Position numbers and translations under genes: made by a program
DNA from: a virus
Reading direction: 5' to 3' (one strand)
IMG/VR virus record: IMGVR_UViG_3300042507_003741
Span: 17,602-81,601 of that record
DNA length: 64,000 nt
In this document: one piece after another, positions 45,648-55,454 of the stretch
How positions within the stretch are numbered: the first letter of the stretch is position 1
Layout of the letters: each line of letters starts with the position of its first letter
Notes under the pieces: model-generated
What the model was told of the DNA's origin: nothing
Databases searched by the model: none
The model's input: the letters and a program-made list of their open reading frames with translations, nothing else

Positions 45648-47130
45648 GTCTCCTATCCCTCTCCTTGCGAAACAGACTGCTCACCCAACCTTTGGTGTTC
45701 ACTGCGGCCCACCGCAGATACCAATCAGGCAACGTGTTGAGCGTGCGGCCGGCGAACTTGCCTTTCAGCGGGTTCACATACGTTCCGACGCACCGCTTGC
45801 CCGAGCCGATCTGCACCTCCTCGGAGAACAGACGGCCCGTCGCTTGGCCCTGCATCCGCTTGCGGCGGGCTTCGATGTCCTGGGCAATCAGCCGGCGCTC
45901 CAGTTCCTGCTGGGCCAGGGCGTCGATCTGCTCCTGGGTCAGCGGCTCGGCGGCTTGAGCGGCAGCCTTCTTGATGACCTGGCGCACTTCCTTGTCGGCC
46001 GTGCAGAACATGTCCACGGCTGTGACGAGTCGGTGGTCCAGGCTTGCATCAGTGCAATCGACAATCTTGAAACGTGGCTTTCCAGATCCTGCGATCCGTG
46101 CAATACGGCCGGATGGATCCGAGCCTTCGTAGTCCACAACTCCGGGGAGAGGACGAGTGGCTCGTCCCACGCATTGCAACCAGAAAGATCGGGACTTTGT
46201 GGGCCTTCCGAGGATGAGGGTGGCGGTCGGCGGATGATCGAAGCCAACGGCCACAACTTGGCAATTGACAAGAACCTTCGCCTCTCCAGTCTTAAATCGC
46301 CGGATAGCATCTTGCCGTTCCTCCTCGGGCTGGGTGCCGTACACATAGACCGCAGGGATGCCGTAGTTGTTGGTCAGGTAGTGGCAGACACCCTTGGCCG
46401 AGGCGACCGATGGCGTGAACACAACGGTCGGCCCCTCCATCTCTTCCTGGGTAATCAGGGCGATACGGTGGAGGTTGGCTTCCTTTTCCACGGCCTGCTG
46501 GAGCTGCTTTTGGTTGAAGTCATCACCCGAGACAGTGACTCCAGACAGATCCAATTCCTGAACGCGGGCCAGCTTGCACACATAGGGAGCCGACCACCCC
46601 TGTTCGATGGCCCACTGAACATCGCGGTTGCAGATTTCATGCTCGTAGAAGTCCCGCATCGCCGTCCCGTCCATGCGGAAGGGAGTCGCAGTGAACCCTG
46701 CGACCATCGCCCCACGCTCCTGGAACCAGCGGAACATCTCCAGGCAGGCCGGCGAGAATTGAAGGTGGGCTTCGTCCACAATCACAAGCCGGATGTCGGT
46801 GAACTTCTTGTAGCGGCCACGGATCAGCGTCTGCTTGCACCCGACGATGACCTTGGGGCTCCACCACTCGTCCTCCTGGGAGCGGTACTCGGCCATCTCC
46901 ATCCCGGGATCGGCGCCCGTGATGTCGCGCACCTTGTCCACGGCCTGCCAGACCAGTTCCCGGAGCGGGGCGAGGATGAGCGTCCGGCCAGAGATGCGTT
47001 TGGCCGTCTCAACGAACACCACCGTCTTCCCCGCCCCGGTGAACAGGCCCGTCAGCGTAGACCGAACCCCATCTGCGAGCGCACGCAGGTGAGCGTCTAC
47101 GATCTCGGATTGGTAATCACGCAGTTGCAT
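45628..47130 (-). CDS. superfamily 2 DEAH-box helicase (second copy)
   Basis: LRDYQ, TGAGKT, DEAH, TATP, QCVGRATR. Confidence 0.9.
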   Translation of the reverse strand: MQLRDYQSEIVDAHLRALADGVRSTLTGLFTGAGKTVVFVETAKRISGRTLILAPLRELVWQAVDKVRDITGADPGMEMAEYRSQEDEWWSPKVIVGCKQTLIRGRYKKFTDIRLVIVDEAHLQFSPACLEMFRWFQERGAMVAGFTATPFRMDGTAMRDFYEHEICNRDVQWAIEQGWSAPYVCKLARVQELDLSGVTVSGDDFNQKQLQQAVEKEANLHRIALITQEEMEGPTVVFTPSVASAKGVCHYLTNNYGIPAVYVYGTQPEEERQDAIRRFKTGEAKVLVNCQVVAVGFDHPPTATLILGRPTKSRSFWLQCVGRATRPLPGVVDYEGSDPSGRIARIAGSGKPRFKIVDCTDASLDHRLVTAVDMFCTADKEVRQVIKKAAAQAAEPLTQEQIDALAQQELERRLIAQDIEARRKRMQGQATGRLFSEEVQIGSGKRCVGTYVNPLKGKFAGRTLNTLPDWYLRWAAVNTKGWVSSLFRKERDRRHGKQTA

Positions 47131-47152
47131 GGCTGTTGTGTGTGAAAGAGAA

Positions 47153-47187
47153 GCCCTGGGCGGAGTCGGAGGTTCTCCGCCCAGGGC
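47153..47187 (-). terminator. intrinsic terminator-like hairpin
   Basis: 13-bp stem GCCCTGGGCGGAG/CTCCGCCCAGGGC followed by TTCTCTTTC on minus strand. Confidence 0.55.
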
Positions 47188-47203
47188 GGGCGCGCGCCTC
47201 TTG

Positions 47204-47539
47204 TCAGGCGAAATCCCCTGCGTACTCAGGCTCGGCCTTGGACTTGCTGCCGCAGAGCTGGAGCGTCCGGACCTTCAGCACAGCCTTGCTGCGCTGCTGC
47301 CCGTCCTTCTCCCACTTCTGCGTCTGGAACTCCCCTTCCACCAGCACGGGCGTTCCCTTGGTCACGTAGCCGATGGCGCCGTTTGGCTTCCACCACTCGC
47401 AGTCAAAGAACTCCACGCTGTCCTTGTAGCCATTGCAGGCAATGCCGAACTTGGCAACTTCGTTCTCACCGACCTGGCGAATCTCGGGATCCTTGGTCAC
47501 ATTCCCGAGAGCAACGAAACGCTGGTAACCCATGATCAT
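47204..47539 (-). CDS. ssb: single-stranded DNA-binding protein
   Basis: GNVTKDPEIR, KG..VLVEG..QKWEKDGQ.RS, C-terminal DF. Confidence 0.9.
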   Translation of the reverse strand: MIMGYQRFVALGNVTKDPEIRQVGENEVAKFGIACNGYKDSVEFFDCEWWKPNGAIGYVTKGTPVLVEGEFQTQKWEKDGQQRSKAVLKVRTLQLCGSKSKAEPEYAGDFA

Positions 47540-48165
47540 TCCTCCTTGTTCTTCCAGACCCTGTTGAACTCCGACTCACAACGCTTGTAGACCTCCGGAG
47601 CCACGGCCTTTTCCTTGGCCCGCAGCCGGACGGTATCCAGATGCTTCTTCGCCGTGGCCTCGTCCTTGGCCTCTGCGATGGCCTTCTTGGCCTCGGCTTC
47701 GTACTGCATGGTCTTGGCGTGATTGGCAGGCTGTGCCTCTGCAATCGCCACGCTCTGCCCATCGTCATCCGCCTCGCCGCTGAACCCGCCAGCCAGGGCC
47801 ATGAGCAGCGTCCGCTTGGCGTAGGTCATGGCAGCCCCAAAGGACTGCATGTCGCTCTTGCCCATCAGCAACGGGGCGATGCCCGTGATGTACTCGCCCG
47901 ACAGGTGTCGCAGCGTGCCCATGACGATCCACTGACCGTTGACCACGCCCGGCCGGAAGTCCGGAAGAGCGATGCCGTTCTTCGTCAACGGTCCCCGCAA
48001 CGCCTCGCAGCACGCCGAGTAGGAGGCGAACTTGCTGCGAAAGTGCGGGTTGGCACTGTCGAACTTCACCACCGGGTAGTCGGCCTGGGCGGCTGCCAGG
48101 GCCTTGGTCAAATGGCCGGTCGCAGGCGAACTGCTCGGGCCCAAGATGTCGTTGTTGTCATTCAT
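47536..48165 (-). CDS. ERF-family single-strand annealing protein (second copy)
   Basis: NPHFRSKFAS, HLSGE, QSFGAAMTYAKR, DDDG. Confidence 0.88.
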   Translation of the reverse strand: MNDNNDILGPSSSPATGHLTKALAAAQADYPVVKFDSANPHFRSKFASYSACCEALRGPLTKNGIALPDFRPGVVNGQWIVMGTLRHLSGEYITGIAPLLMGKSDMQSFGAAMTYAKRTLLMALAGGFSGEADDDGQSVAIAEAQPANHAKTMQYEAEAKKAIAEAKDEATAKKHLDTVRLRAKEKAVAPEVYKRCESEFNRVWKNKEE

Positions 48166-49022
48166 ATGATCACCACCTCCTCCTGCTTGCCGCGGGCCCA
48201 ACGCGGGATCTCCATCTCCGTGATCTCGCCGTGATCAGCGGGCATGTAGATGCCGGTCGAACGACGCAGCCGAACCTCCTCCATCACGCTGACCAACCGC
48301 TGGCCAGCCTCCTCCACCAAGTCATCAGGCAGATGGAACACATGACACGCATAGGGCGGCATGGTCTGAACGAAGACGAACGGCATGCGGAACGGCTGGT
48401 AACCGACCTGTTCCGCACCGCGGCAGTACAGCCACTGCTGCTCCGCATAGCCGTAGTCAAAGACGCTGCGGTACAGCCGGTCCCAAGGAGCCGATGTGGT
48501 CTTGAGATCCCACCACAGTTCCGGGGTCACGCCGTCCGGACGCACCTTGAGAAGGTGTCCATGCTCGTCCTGCCAGAAGACTGACAACTGCGTCTCGGAG
48601 GTCTGGTCCATCAACGCTTTGGCGGCACTGTTGGCCTCCATGTTTTCGACCATCTTGCGATAGACCCAAGCCTGGTCGGCCGTACAGCAGATGCCCGTCT
48701 GGGCCGCCTCCCACTCCCGGTATGCCTTGGTGCTGCGGGAACCGTTTGCCCCCAGCACCTCATCCGGCGGGATGCAGACCAGGGAGTCGAAGGTCTTCCC
48801 GGCACACAGCCCCATGACGATCTCATCGAACTCCCCGCCACGCTTGGTGGCCGAGTTGCCCGTGAACAGGGGATAGCCCTGGTCCAGCCACTGCTGGGCC
48901 TCGCCGCCGCCCTTGAGGACAGCTAGCAGGAATGACCGGCTGTCGAACGCCTTGAGCGAGTGGTAGGCACTGCTCGCCATGCCGATGACCTTCACCGGCC
49001 CGTTAGAAACATCGATGTCCAT
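48162..49022 (-). CDS. RecE/DUF3799-like exonuclease (second copy)
   Basis: KVRPD, DLKTT, Y.Y..Q..Y. Confidence 0.85.
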   Translation of the reverse strand: MDIDVSNGPVKVIGMASSAYHSLKAFDSRSFLLAVLKGGGEAQQWLDQGYPLFTGNSATKRGGEFDEIVMGLCAGKTFDSLVCIPPDEVLGANGSRSTKAYREWEAAQTGICCTADQAWVYRKMVENMEANSAAKALMDQTSETQLSVFWQDEHGHLLKVRPDGVTPELWWDLKTTSAPWDRLYRSVFDYGYAEQQWLYCRGAEQVGYQPFRMPFVFVQTMPPYACHVFHLPDDLVEEAGQRLVSVMEEVRLRRSTGIYMPADHGEITEMEIPRWARGKQEEVVII

Positions 49023-49045
49023 ATGTACACCTCCGAGGAAAAAAA

Positions 49046-49093
49046 CAGCCCGTCCGTGGGCGACCGTCCGATCCTTCAGCCCTTCCGTGGGCG
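49046..49093 (-). promoter_or_regulatory. tandem 17-bp repeats forming ACGGA-loop hairpins (CsrA/RsmA-like sites)
   Basis: CGCCCACGGA(A/C)GGGCTG twice, then T7 and GGAGG RBS of the exonuclease. Confidence 0.45.
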
Positions 49094-49247
49094 GAGCCTC
49101 CTGAACGCTTTGCCAAACTGTCCGGCGACAAGAAGGCCGAGACAGAGTTCCATTTGGTGCAGCCAGACGAGGGCTGCGAGAACGGCCAGATAGACCGTCT
49201 CTAAGATTGGCTCAACTCGCTCAAGCAGTGCGAGGAGCGACGGGCCG

Positions 49248-49270
49248 CTAACCAACTGAGCTAGTTGCCC
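49248..49270 (-). other. tRNA 5'-end-like fragment, candidate att core
   Basis: GGGCAACTAGCTCAGTTGGTTAG resembles acceptor strand plus D arm; ~80 bp upstream of recombinase. Confidence 0.45.
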
Positions 49271-49351
49271 GAAGCTCTGGAAATACCCCTTATGCTGGGG
49301 CGCCCAACCGTGCGAGGCACCGCGGCAATTATCCCCGGCGGGAGATACACC

Positions 49352-50179
49352 ATGACTTTGCTGGAGCTTGCTCGCCTCTACCACAACCGCGTGGGAGGAT
49401 CCACAGGATACCTGGAGCAACTGGAGGTTTTCGTCAGGCGACTGGACTGGCAGGCCAAAGACTTGCATCCCGACCGCATCGACGCCTACCTGACGGACGC
49501 CCTGAAGCATCTTGCTCCCTCCACCGTTCGCAACCACAGGAAAATGCTGCGTTGTCTGCTGCATTTCGCCGCCTCCGAGCGACTTGTGGACGCCAGTATA
49601 CTCAGGCCACTCAGGCGTGTCAAGCAGATTCCCCCAAACCCGAGGGCGTGGAGCCATGCGGAGATTCGTTCGCTTCTGGCGGCAGCCGCGAATCTGGCTG
49701 GTGGGCGCAAATGCCCGCGAGCCACGCTGGCACGGGCGTGGATCCTGGTGGCTTACTCCACCGGCCTGCGTCTGGATGACTTGCTTTCGATCAGGCATGA
49801 CCAAATCCGTGGCCAACGTCTCTGCCCCAGTCAGCACAAGGTGGGATGGCCCCATGTCTGCTGGCTGGATGACAATGCCCTGGCAGCCATACGACAACTG
49901 CCGATCCTTGGGCCGCGTATCTTTGGCGACCTGATCTGCCGAGACAAGGTGATGGCCCTGATGCGGCAGATCCGAAAGGCTGCCGGACTGCCTGGCAGCA
50001 CTAAGTTTCTGCGGCGATCAGGGGCGACCTACTGCGAAATCGCCGGGAAAGACGCCACTGGACACTTAGGACATAGAAGCCCTGGCATGAAGGCGTACTA
50101 CGTGGACAGGCTCTTGCTGGCCGAGGAGAAGCGGCAGGAACCTACGGCGCCACCGCTAGAACTGGTTGAGAGCCCCTAG
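49352..50179 (+). CDS. tyrosine recombinase/integrase (second copy)
   Basis: STGLR..DL, HKVG, KFLRRSGAT, LGHR, YYVD; GGAGA RBS. Confidence 0.85.
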   Translation: MTLLELARLYHNRVGGSTGYLEQLEVFVRRLDWQAKDLHPDRIDAYLTDALKHLAPSTVRNHRKMLRCLLHFAASERLVDASILRPLRRVKQIPPNPRAWSHAEIRSLLAAAANLAGGRKCPRATLARAWILVAYSTGLRLDDLLSIRHDQIRGQRLCPSQHKVGWPHVCWLDDNALAAIRQLPILGPRIFGDLICRDKVMALMRQIRKAAGLPGSTKFLRRSGATYCEIAGKDATGHLGHRSPGMKAYYVDRLLLAEEKRQEPTAPPLELVESP

Positions 50180-53100
50180 CATCTCTAGCGGATCCGCGGC
50201 CATCTTCTTCTTCTCGCGGGCTCGCTTTGCCGCTTCGCTTTGGATGATCTTGTACAAGAGGTACAAGTCCTTCTGCTCCTTCGGCATGGCCCGCAGCACA
50301 TCCTCGGGGACCGTGATGTTCTCATAGGTCCGGACGCCGGGCGTTGTCTCCAGGATGCTGTTGAGCATGTCCCGAGCAGCCTGCCGCTTGGCCCGATCCT
50401 GGTCGATGTCCGTGAGCTTGGCACCAGCCAAGAGGTTCCATGCTGCCTTGGTGTACTTGTCTGCCGGGGCCAGACGGTCATCGGTGAACTGTCGGTACAT
50501 GCCGAGGGCACGGGTGCCGAACGGCACAAAGTTGGTGACCACCTGCTCCAGCGGTCGGCCGATCTCACCGAAGTCCCGCTCCAAGACCGAGTACAGGTCG
50601 GTGAGATCCCGTCCAGAATAGAGCTGCCGGTTGGTGAAATACTCAATCGGGGCTTTGATGATCGGGCTGGTCATGCCCAGCAGATTGGACCCGGTCTGGC
50701 GGATGGTGTCGGCAATCCGGGACGAGGTGGTGGCACCCACGCCGGGCGTGACGGTGTTGAAGAACGCCTCCCAGGGAGCGTCGATGCTCGTCAGGAACCG
50801 TTGCAGGTTGGGATTCCCCGAGCCCCACTCAGGCGGAAGCGGAATGGCAGCCGACCGCCGCAGATGCTCGGGAATGAAGTTGTCCTCGCTCGGCTCCGTG
50901 CCTCTGGTGACCGCACGGATCGACTGCCCCATCAGACCGCCGGGGCGATAGAGCGTGTTGTTGACGATGCTGGGGACAATGCCCTTTTGGAAACTATAGA
51001 AGGGCAGCGCCCGCTTCAGGCGGTTGCGCTCAAAGGATGTAAAAGCCTGTGGCGAATAGTCCACCTGGCTGAGACGCACCAAGTCGGCCGCCTCTCCGGG
51101 ATCGACGCCCTTGCGCAACTGATTCAGGAACACGCCGCCACGCAAGGCATCTTCCGACACCGATCCAACGGCGTCGTTCAGCACCAGGAACGGATTGCGG
51201 TTCCGAGTCGGCGCCCGGTCCAAGATTCCAACGCCACGCAGGCTGAAGAAATCGTTGGCAAAGTCTCCCCAGGAGCGGCTTGGATTTAAGAACGCCCGAC
51301 CTACGCTCTGGTCATTGCCAGCCCCCAGCCAGCCGCCGCGGATCTGCTGCTCGGGCAGGCCGCTGATATCGTCCAGGATGTTGCCGCCGCCGATGCGATT
51401 AGCCGCGGTCAGGTCTTGGAAGCGGGCGACACGCTGCGCGGGGGTTAGGCCCTGGAAGCCCGGGGCCCTGGCTAGCCGGCGGGCCACTGCGTCGGTGTTG
51501 CCCATCGACGCTCGCAGCGCGGCCCACCAGTCCAGCGGATTGAAGGCACCGAACGTAGCGGCGTTGAGCTGGCCAGAATAGGTATTGCGGGTGTGGAACG
51601 CTGGGCTGGCGAGGGCACCCACCTTAAAGGCGTTGGTGAACCCATCCAGCAGGCCGACCATCCCACGCTCGGCATCGCCAGCCTGCGAGGATTTGACCAC
51701 CGTCCGCATCTGCTCAACCAGCCGCTCGGGCACGGCAAGGTTGGTGATGTCGGCGCCGAACCTCTGCTGCCACACTTGCCGCAGGTTGTCAGGATCGAAC
51801 CCAAGGCGGCGAGCGGCATCGGTGAGTTGCACCATGCCATCCGCCAGCCCGTTTGGCCCGATAACAGCAGTGGCCGCTTCCAGCCGCGGGATCAGCCGCT
51901 CGGCATTTGCCACCACGCGGCTCTGGCCACGCTCATAGCGAGACAGGTTCGTCCAGCCCGGGGTGTCGAAGATGCCCGTCCCGGTCTGCGCAAACTGCTG
52001 GTCGGAGCCGCGCAGCAAATTGACGAGCTGGTCCTGCCTCCTCTGGAGCGACCGCGTGGCCTCGGCCATCATCTGCTGCTGGGCCGGTGGGGCGGCGTTT
52101 TGGTATGCAGCGGACGCCTGGAGGTTAGAGATATCCTCCCGAAACGGACGGGCGATCCCGAGTTGATCGAAGGCATCGTCCAGCAGGTCGCGGGCCGGGA
52201 TCTGGTCAGCGGCAATCAGGCGCCGCTGGAGATCGGCCGCATCGAACGGCAGGCCGGCAGGTGTTCCTGGTGCCGACTGGAGCGCCCGGCCACCCGTCAG
52301 CAGGCGGAAGGTTCGCTGTCCGCCGGGGATGTCGGTGTAGTCCTGGCGGCTGCGGCCGAAGTTGTCGGCCGTATCCAGCAGCGTCTGGCTGCGGCCCCAC
52401 GGCTTCTCCACGCGCCCCGTGGCATTGGGCCGCACGGGATCCATGAGTCGCTCAAACCACTTCAACTGCCGCGGGAAGAAACCAGTACCAGAAGAACCTT
52501 GCCAATCTCTGTCAGGCAGGCCAGAGGCGACGGCGTTTTGCCTCGCCTGCTGCACCGCATCCATGTACGTGTCCCGCACCCCGCGGAACTCGTCCACGTT
52601 CTCCAGCACCCAGTCGGCCACGGCATCGCCGCTGGTTCGTTGCATTGGTCCGTACACGCCCGCGGCAGACGGCACGGCAGACGATTCGACATAATCCACC
52701 AACGCACGCTGAACGTCGGTGCTGTTGAACCGACGCAGCGAGTCGGGGATCGCAGCCGGGACGTTGGCAGCCCCAGCGGCACGCATGCCAGCCGCCACCT
52801 CCTCGGCGTCCACTCCAAGCACTTCGCGGAGCTGCCGCTGACGAAGGAGTTCTCTCGCCTCATCCGCCCGCGAGGCGTTCATCTTGGCAATGCGAGAGTC
52901 CCACTGGAGGTCGGGATTCAGCGTTCCGCCTGACGGGGCGTGGAATCCGGCGTACAGCGCGTTGACCACCGGGGCGGTGTAGGGGTTTCGCTTGGACGCT
53001 TCGCCCAGGGCATCCAGGCCGGTGGCAAGCCGGTTTCCAAACTGCTCGCCAAAGACATCGGTGCTGACTCCGATGTTGGTGCCGGGGATCCTGACATCCA

Positions 53101-53794
53101 TGAGCCTGGCGGCGCTGCCTGTCAGATCGTTTGGATCGACGCCATATCGCCGCGCCTGCTGTTGCCAGCGAGCAAGCGCCTCAGCCCGCGCGGTTGGGTC
53201 CGCGATCTCGTCCAACGCCTGCGCTGGCGTGATGGACCGCATGTAGCTGCGCACGCCGCGGCCTGCCGGGCGCCCAGCGCCTGCCGCTGTCCCGGCCCAT
53301 GCCTGCTCTGCCGCGTTTCGTAGAAGGCCCGTCGCCTTCATGGCCTTGCCAGTCTGTGTCAAAGCCCCGCGGCCAAGGATGGACAGAGGGTTGGCCCAGG
53401 TGAATGGATCCAGAAGCACCTCGGCGGCGAGCGATCCGGCGAAGTTGCCCCACGTATCCTTGTTGCCGATCATGCCATACTGCCGCAGCAGTTCGCGGCC
53501 AGTGACACGCTCCTCAGAATCCCCAAGAAACGACAGCGGCTTACCCGCCAGCACGCCACGCACCAAAGCCCCAGGCGTATCGAACAACCACCCGGCAGTG
53601 GCTAGACCGGAAGACCCAACCTGTGCCAGGGAGTTGAGCAGGCCGCTCTTCTCCTCCTGCGGCATGAGGTCGGCAATAGTCGCCCGCCGACGCAGTTCTT
53701 CCTCGGGGTCATCGGAAGGAAGAAGCCCGAGCTTTGCCTGCTCTTGCAACAGGCCATACGGATCGTAGAGGTCGAAGAGTGGAGACTGGGCCAT
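50156..53794 (-). CDS. large internal virion protein (second copy)
   Basis: Homologue of 11172-14660. Confidence 0.65.
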   Translation of the reverse strand: MAQSPLFDLYDPYGLLQEQAKLGLLPSDDPEEELRRRATIADLMPQEEKSGLLNSLAQVGSSGLATAGWLFDTPGALVRGVLAGKPLSFLGDSEERVTGRELLRQYGMIGNKDTWGNFAGSLAAEVLLDPFTWANPLSILGRGALTQTGKAMKATGLLRNAAEQAWAGTAAGAGRPAGRGVRSYMRSITPAQALDEIADPTARAEALARWQQQARRYGVDPNDLTGSAARLMDVRIPGTNIGVSTDVFGEQFGNRLATGLDALGEASKRNPYTAPVVNALYAGFHAPSGGTLNPDLQWDSRIAKMNASRADEARELLRQRQLREVLGVDAEEVAAGMRAAGAANVPAAIPDSLRRFNSTDVQRALVDYVESSAVPSAAGVYGPMQRTSGDAVADWVLENVDEFRGVRDTYMDAVQQARQNAVASGLPDRDWQGSSGTGFFPRQLKWFERLMDPVRPNATGRVEKPWGRSQTLLDTADNFGRSRQDYTDIPGGQRTFRLLTGGRALQSAPGTPAGLPFDAADLQRRLIAADQIPARDLLDDAFDQLGIARPFREDISNLQASAAYQNAAPPAQQQMMAEATRSLQRRQDQLVNLLRGSDQQFAQTGTGIFDTPGWTNLSRYERGQSRVVANAERLIPRLEAATAVIGPNGLADGMVQLTDAARRLGFDPDNLRQVWQQRFGADITNLAVPERLVEQMRTVVKSSQAGDAERGMVGLLDGFTNAFKVGALASPAFHTRNTYSGQLNAATFGAFNPLDWWAALRASMGNTDAVARRLARAPGFQGLTPAQRVARFQDLTAANRIGGGNILDDISGLPEQQIRGGWLGAGNDQSVGRAFLNPSRSWGDFANDFFSLRGVGILDRAPTRNRNPFLVLNDAVGSVSEDALRGGVFLNQLRKGVDPGEAADLVRLSQVDYSPQAFTSFERNRLKRALPFYSFQKGIVPSIVNNTLYRPGGLMGQSIRAVTRGTEPSEDNFIPEHLRRSAAIPLPPEWGSGNPNLQRFLTSIDAPWEAFFNTVTPGVGATTSSRIADTIRQTGSNLLGMTSPIIKAPIEYFTNRQLYSGRDLTDLYSVLERDFGEIGRPLEQVVTNFVPFGTRALGMYRQFTDDRLAPADKYTKAAWNLLAGAKLTDIDQDRAKRQAARDMLNSILETTPGVRTYENITVPEDVLRAMPKEQKDLYLLYKIIQSEAAKRAREKKKMAADPLEMLGALNQF

Positions 53795-53797
53795 TCG

Positions 53798-55447
53798 CTA
53801 CCGCAGATCGGAAGGCATGGGCTGCCAGAAGTCCCCGAACCAACCGCCGCGGCCGCCCGACCAGCCTGATGAGTACCCCCATCGCTGGATCAGGTCGCGG
53901 CGATAGGCCGGATCAGCAAGCGGCGACTTAATGCCGAGCAGCTCCGCTTGGCGCGCCAGGCCGAGGAGTTCGTCGTTCATGGCCGTAGCCTCACGCTCGC
54001 CAAAGCCGCCACCGGGGAGGTACTGGAAACGGTCGGATCGGCCGGCAATATCCTTCAGCGCATCGGATGCCTCTTGGCTGTCGGGCCGCCCAGTCATAAT
54101 GTCGTACAGGCCGGGAGACTGCTGCTTGTATGTCAACTCACCAAGTTGCCGCCGATCCGCGGACTCCTTGGCGGACTTCTCATCAGCGGCCTTGGCCGCC
54201 GCCTGCGTCTGCTGGCGCTGCACATCATTGGCGTCAGTGGCCATACGCTCGCGCGTCCCCCATTCACGCTCGCGGCTGTCGGCCTGATTTTGGGCGTCCA
54301 AAGCCCACTTCTCACGCTCGGTGCGCATGCGCTCAAAGAACTGTTCGCTCTCACGCTCCATGGCGGCGCGGCGTTCCTCACGCTCGGACCTGCGATCCTC
54401 CATGTTGGCCGCATGCTCCTGGGCACGGGCTTCGCGGTCGGCTGCGGCAATTGTCATCTGCGCTTCAATGGCCTTGAGCCGCGCATCGCCGGCCGGATCC
54501 TGCCGCGCCGCATTGGCGGCCTCAACACCCAGCGGCGTAGGCCCAAAGTTGATCGGACCACCAGGCCGGTTGGCGTTCAGTGCGGCGTTCTGCTGGTTCA
54601 TAATGGAAGAACGCATGGCATCGTCCATGCCTGGCAGAGCCAAGGCGCCCGCGTAGTTGCCTGCCCGCATCATTACCATGGCACGCCACTGGAGGTCGCG
54701 GGCCTGTTTGTCAGCCTGACGCTTTTGGGCGGCGGCAAGACGCAGGTCGCCGTCCGACATGTTTGTGGTGGCCTCGGCATCCTGACTTAGTCCGGCTTCA
54801 CGCGCCCACCGCGGCCGGCTGACGGCGTCGGTGTATCGCTCGTCCGCGGCGTTCAGAAGAGCGCGGGAAGCCTGGCTGCCGGCTCCACCCTTGGCGGCGT
54901 CGATCTCCAGCGCCCTTCGATTTTCGTTGGCGCTAGTCTGGTTGGCGAAATGCGGAACGTACACCTGCCCCTGTTGGCGAGCCGCAAGCCACGCTTGGGC
55001 CTCGGACTCGCCGTACTTGCGCTTAATATTGTCGTACAGCGAAACATCTTCTTTCGCCTTAGATGCGGCCTGCTGTGCCGCAAACTCCTGCGGACGATAC
55101 CGCTGCATCTCGTCAGGGTTGTCGGCCAGGAACTGGTCCCAGCTCGCCCGCTGCTCCGGAGTGCCGGGATCGACGGGCGTCTGTGGGTGTAGACCTGCCC
55201 GGCGAATCCGGCCCCGTTCGGCGGCCATGCGCGCGCTGTCGGCCGGTGCGCCGACTTCCGGCTCCATGGCAATCGGCGTGGCAGAGGCTTCTAGGTCGGC
55301 GGCGACGTTGGCCGGCTCGTTAGACCATCCCGGAAGAGCGCCACGGCGAGCCAGTTCCTGCTTGGCGGCTTCAGACAGGCCAGTGCCATCTTCGTTATTC
55401 AGGTAGCCCAGAAGCTCGTCGTTGCTCTTGTTCGCCAGCCAGCTCAT
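53798..55447 (-). CDS. putative internal virion protein
   Basis: Helical Ala/Arg/Gln-rich; syntenic position. Confidence 0.55.
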   Translation of the reverse strand: MSWLANKSNDELLGYLNNEDGTGLSEAAKQELARRGALPGWSNEPANVAADLEASATPIAMEPEVGAPADSARMAAERGRIRRAGLHPQTPVDPGTPEQRASWDQFLADNPDEMQRYRPQEFAAQQAASKAKEDVSLYDNIKRKYGESEAQAWLAARQQGQVYVPHFANQTSANENRRALEIDAAKGGAGSQASRALLNAADERYTDAVSRPRWAREAGLSQDAEATTNMSDGDLRLAAAQKRQADKQARDLQWRAMVMMRAGNYAGALALPGMDDAMRSSIMNQQNAALNANRPGGPINFGPTPLGVEAANAARQDPAGDARLKAIEAQMTIAAADREARAQEHAANMEDRRSEREERRAAMERESEQFFERMRTEREKWALDAQNQADSREREWGTRERMATDANDVQRQQTQAAAKAADEKSAKESADRRQLGELTYKQQSPGLYDIMTGRPDSQEASDALKDIAGRSDRFQYLPGGGFGEREATAMNDELLGLARQAELLGIKSPLADPAYRRDLIQRWGYSSGWSGGRGGWFGDFWQPMPSDLR

Positions 55448-55454
55448 TCCAACC

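Noticed and set aside
49190-49270. Complete tRNA gene
   Set aside because: No anticodon arm, T arm or 3' acceptor strand follows the 5' fragment
10359-49351. A single ~39-kb prophage bounded by the two recombinases
   Set aside because: No flanking direct repeats seen, and the AGCT transition lies near 44 kb rather than at either recombinase
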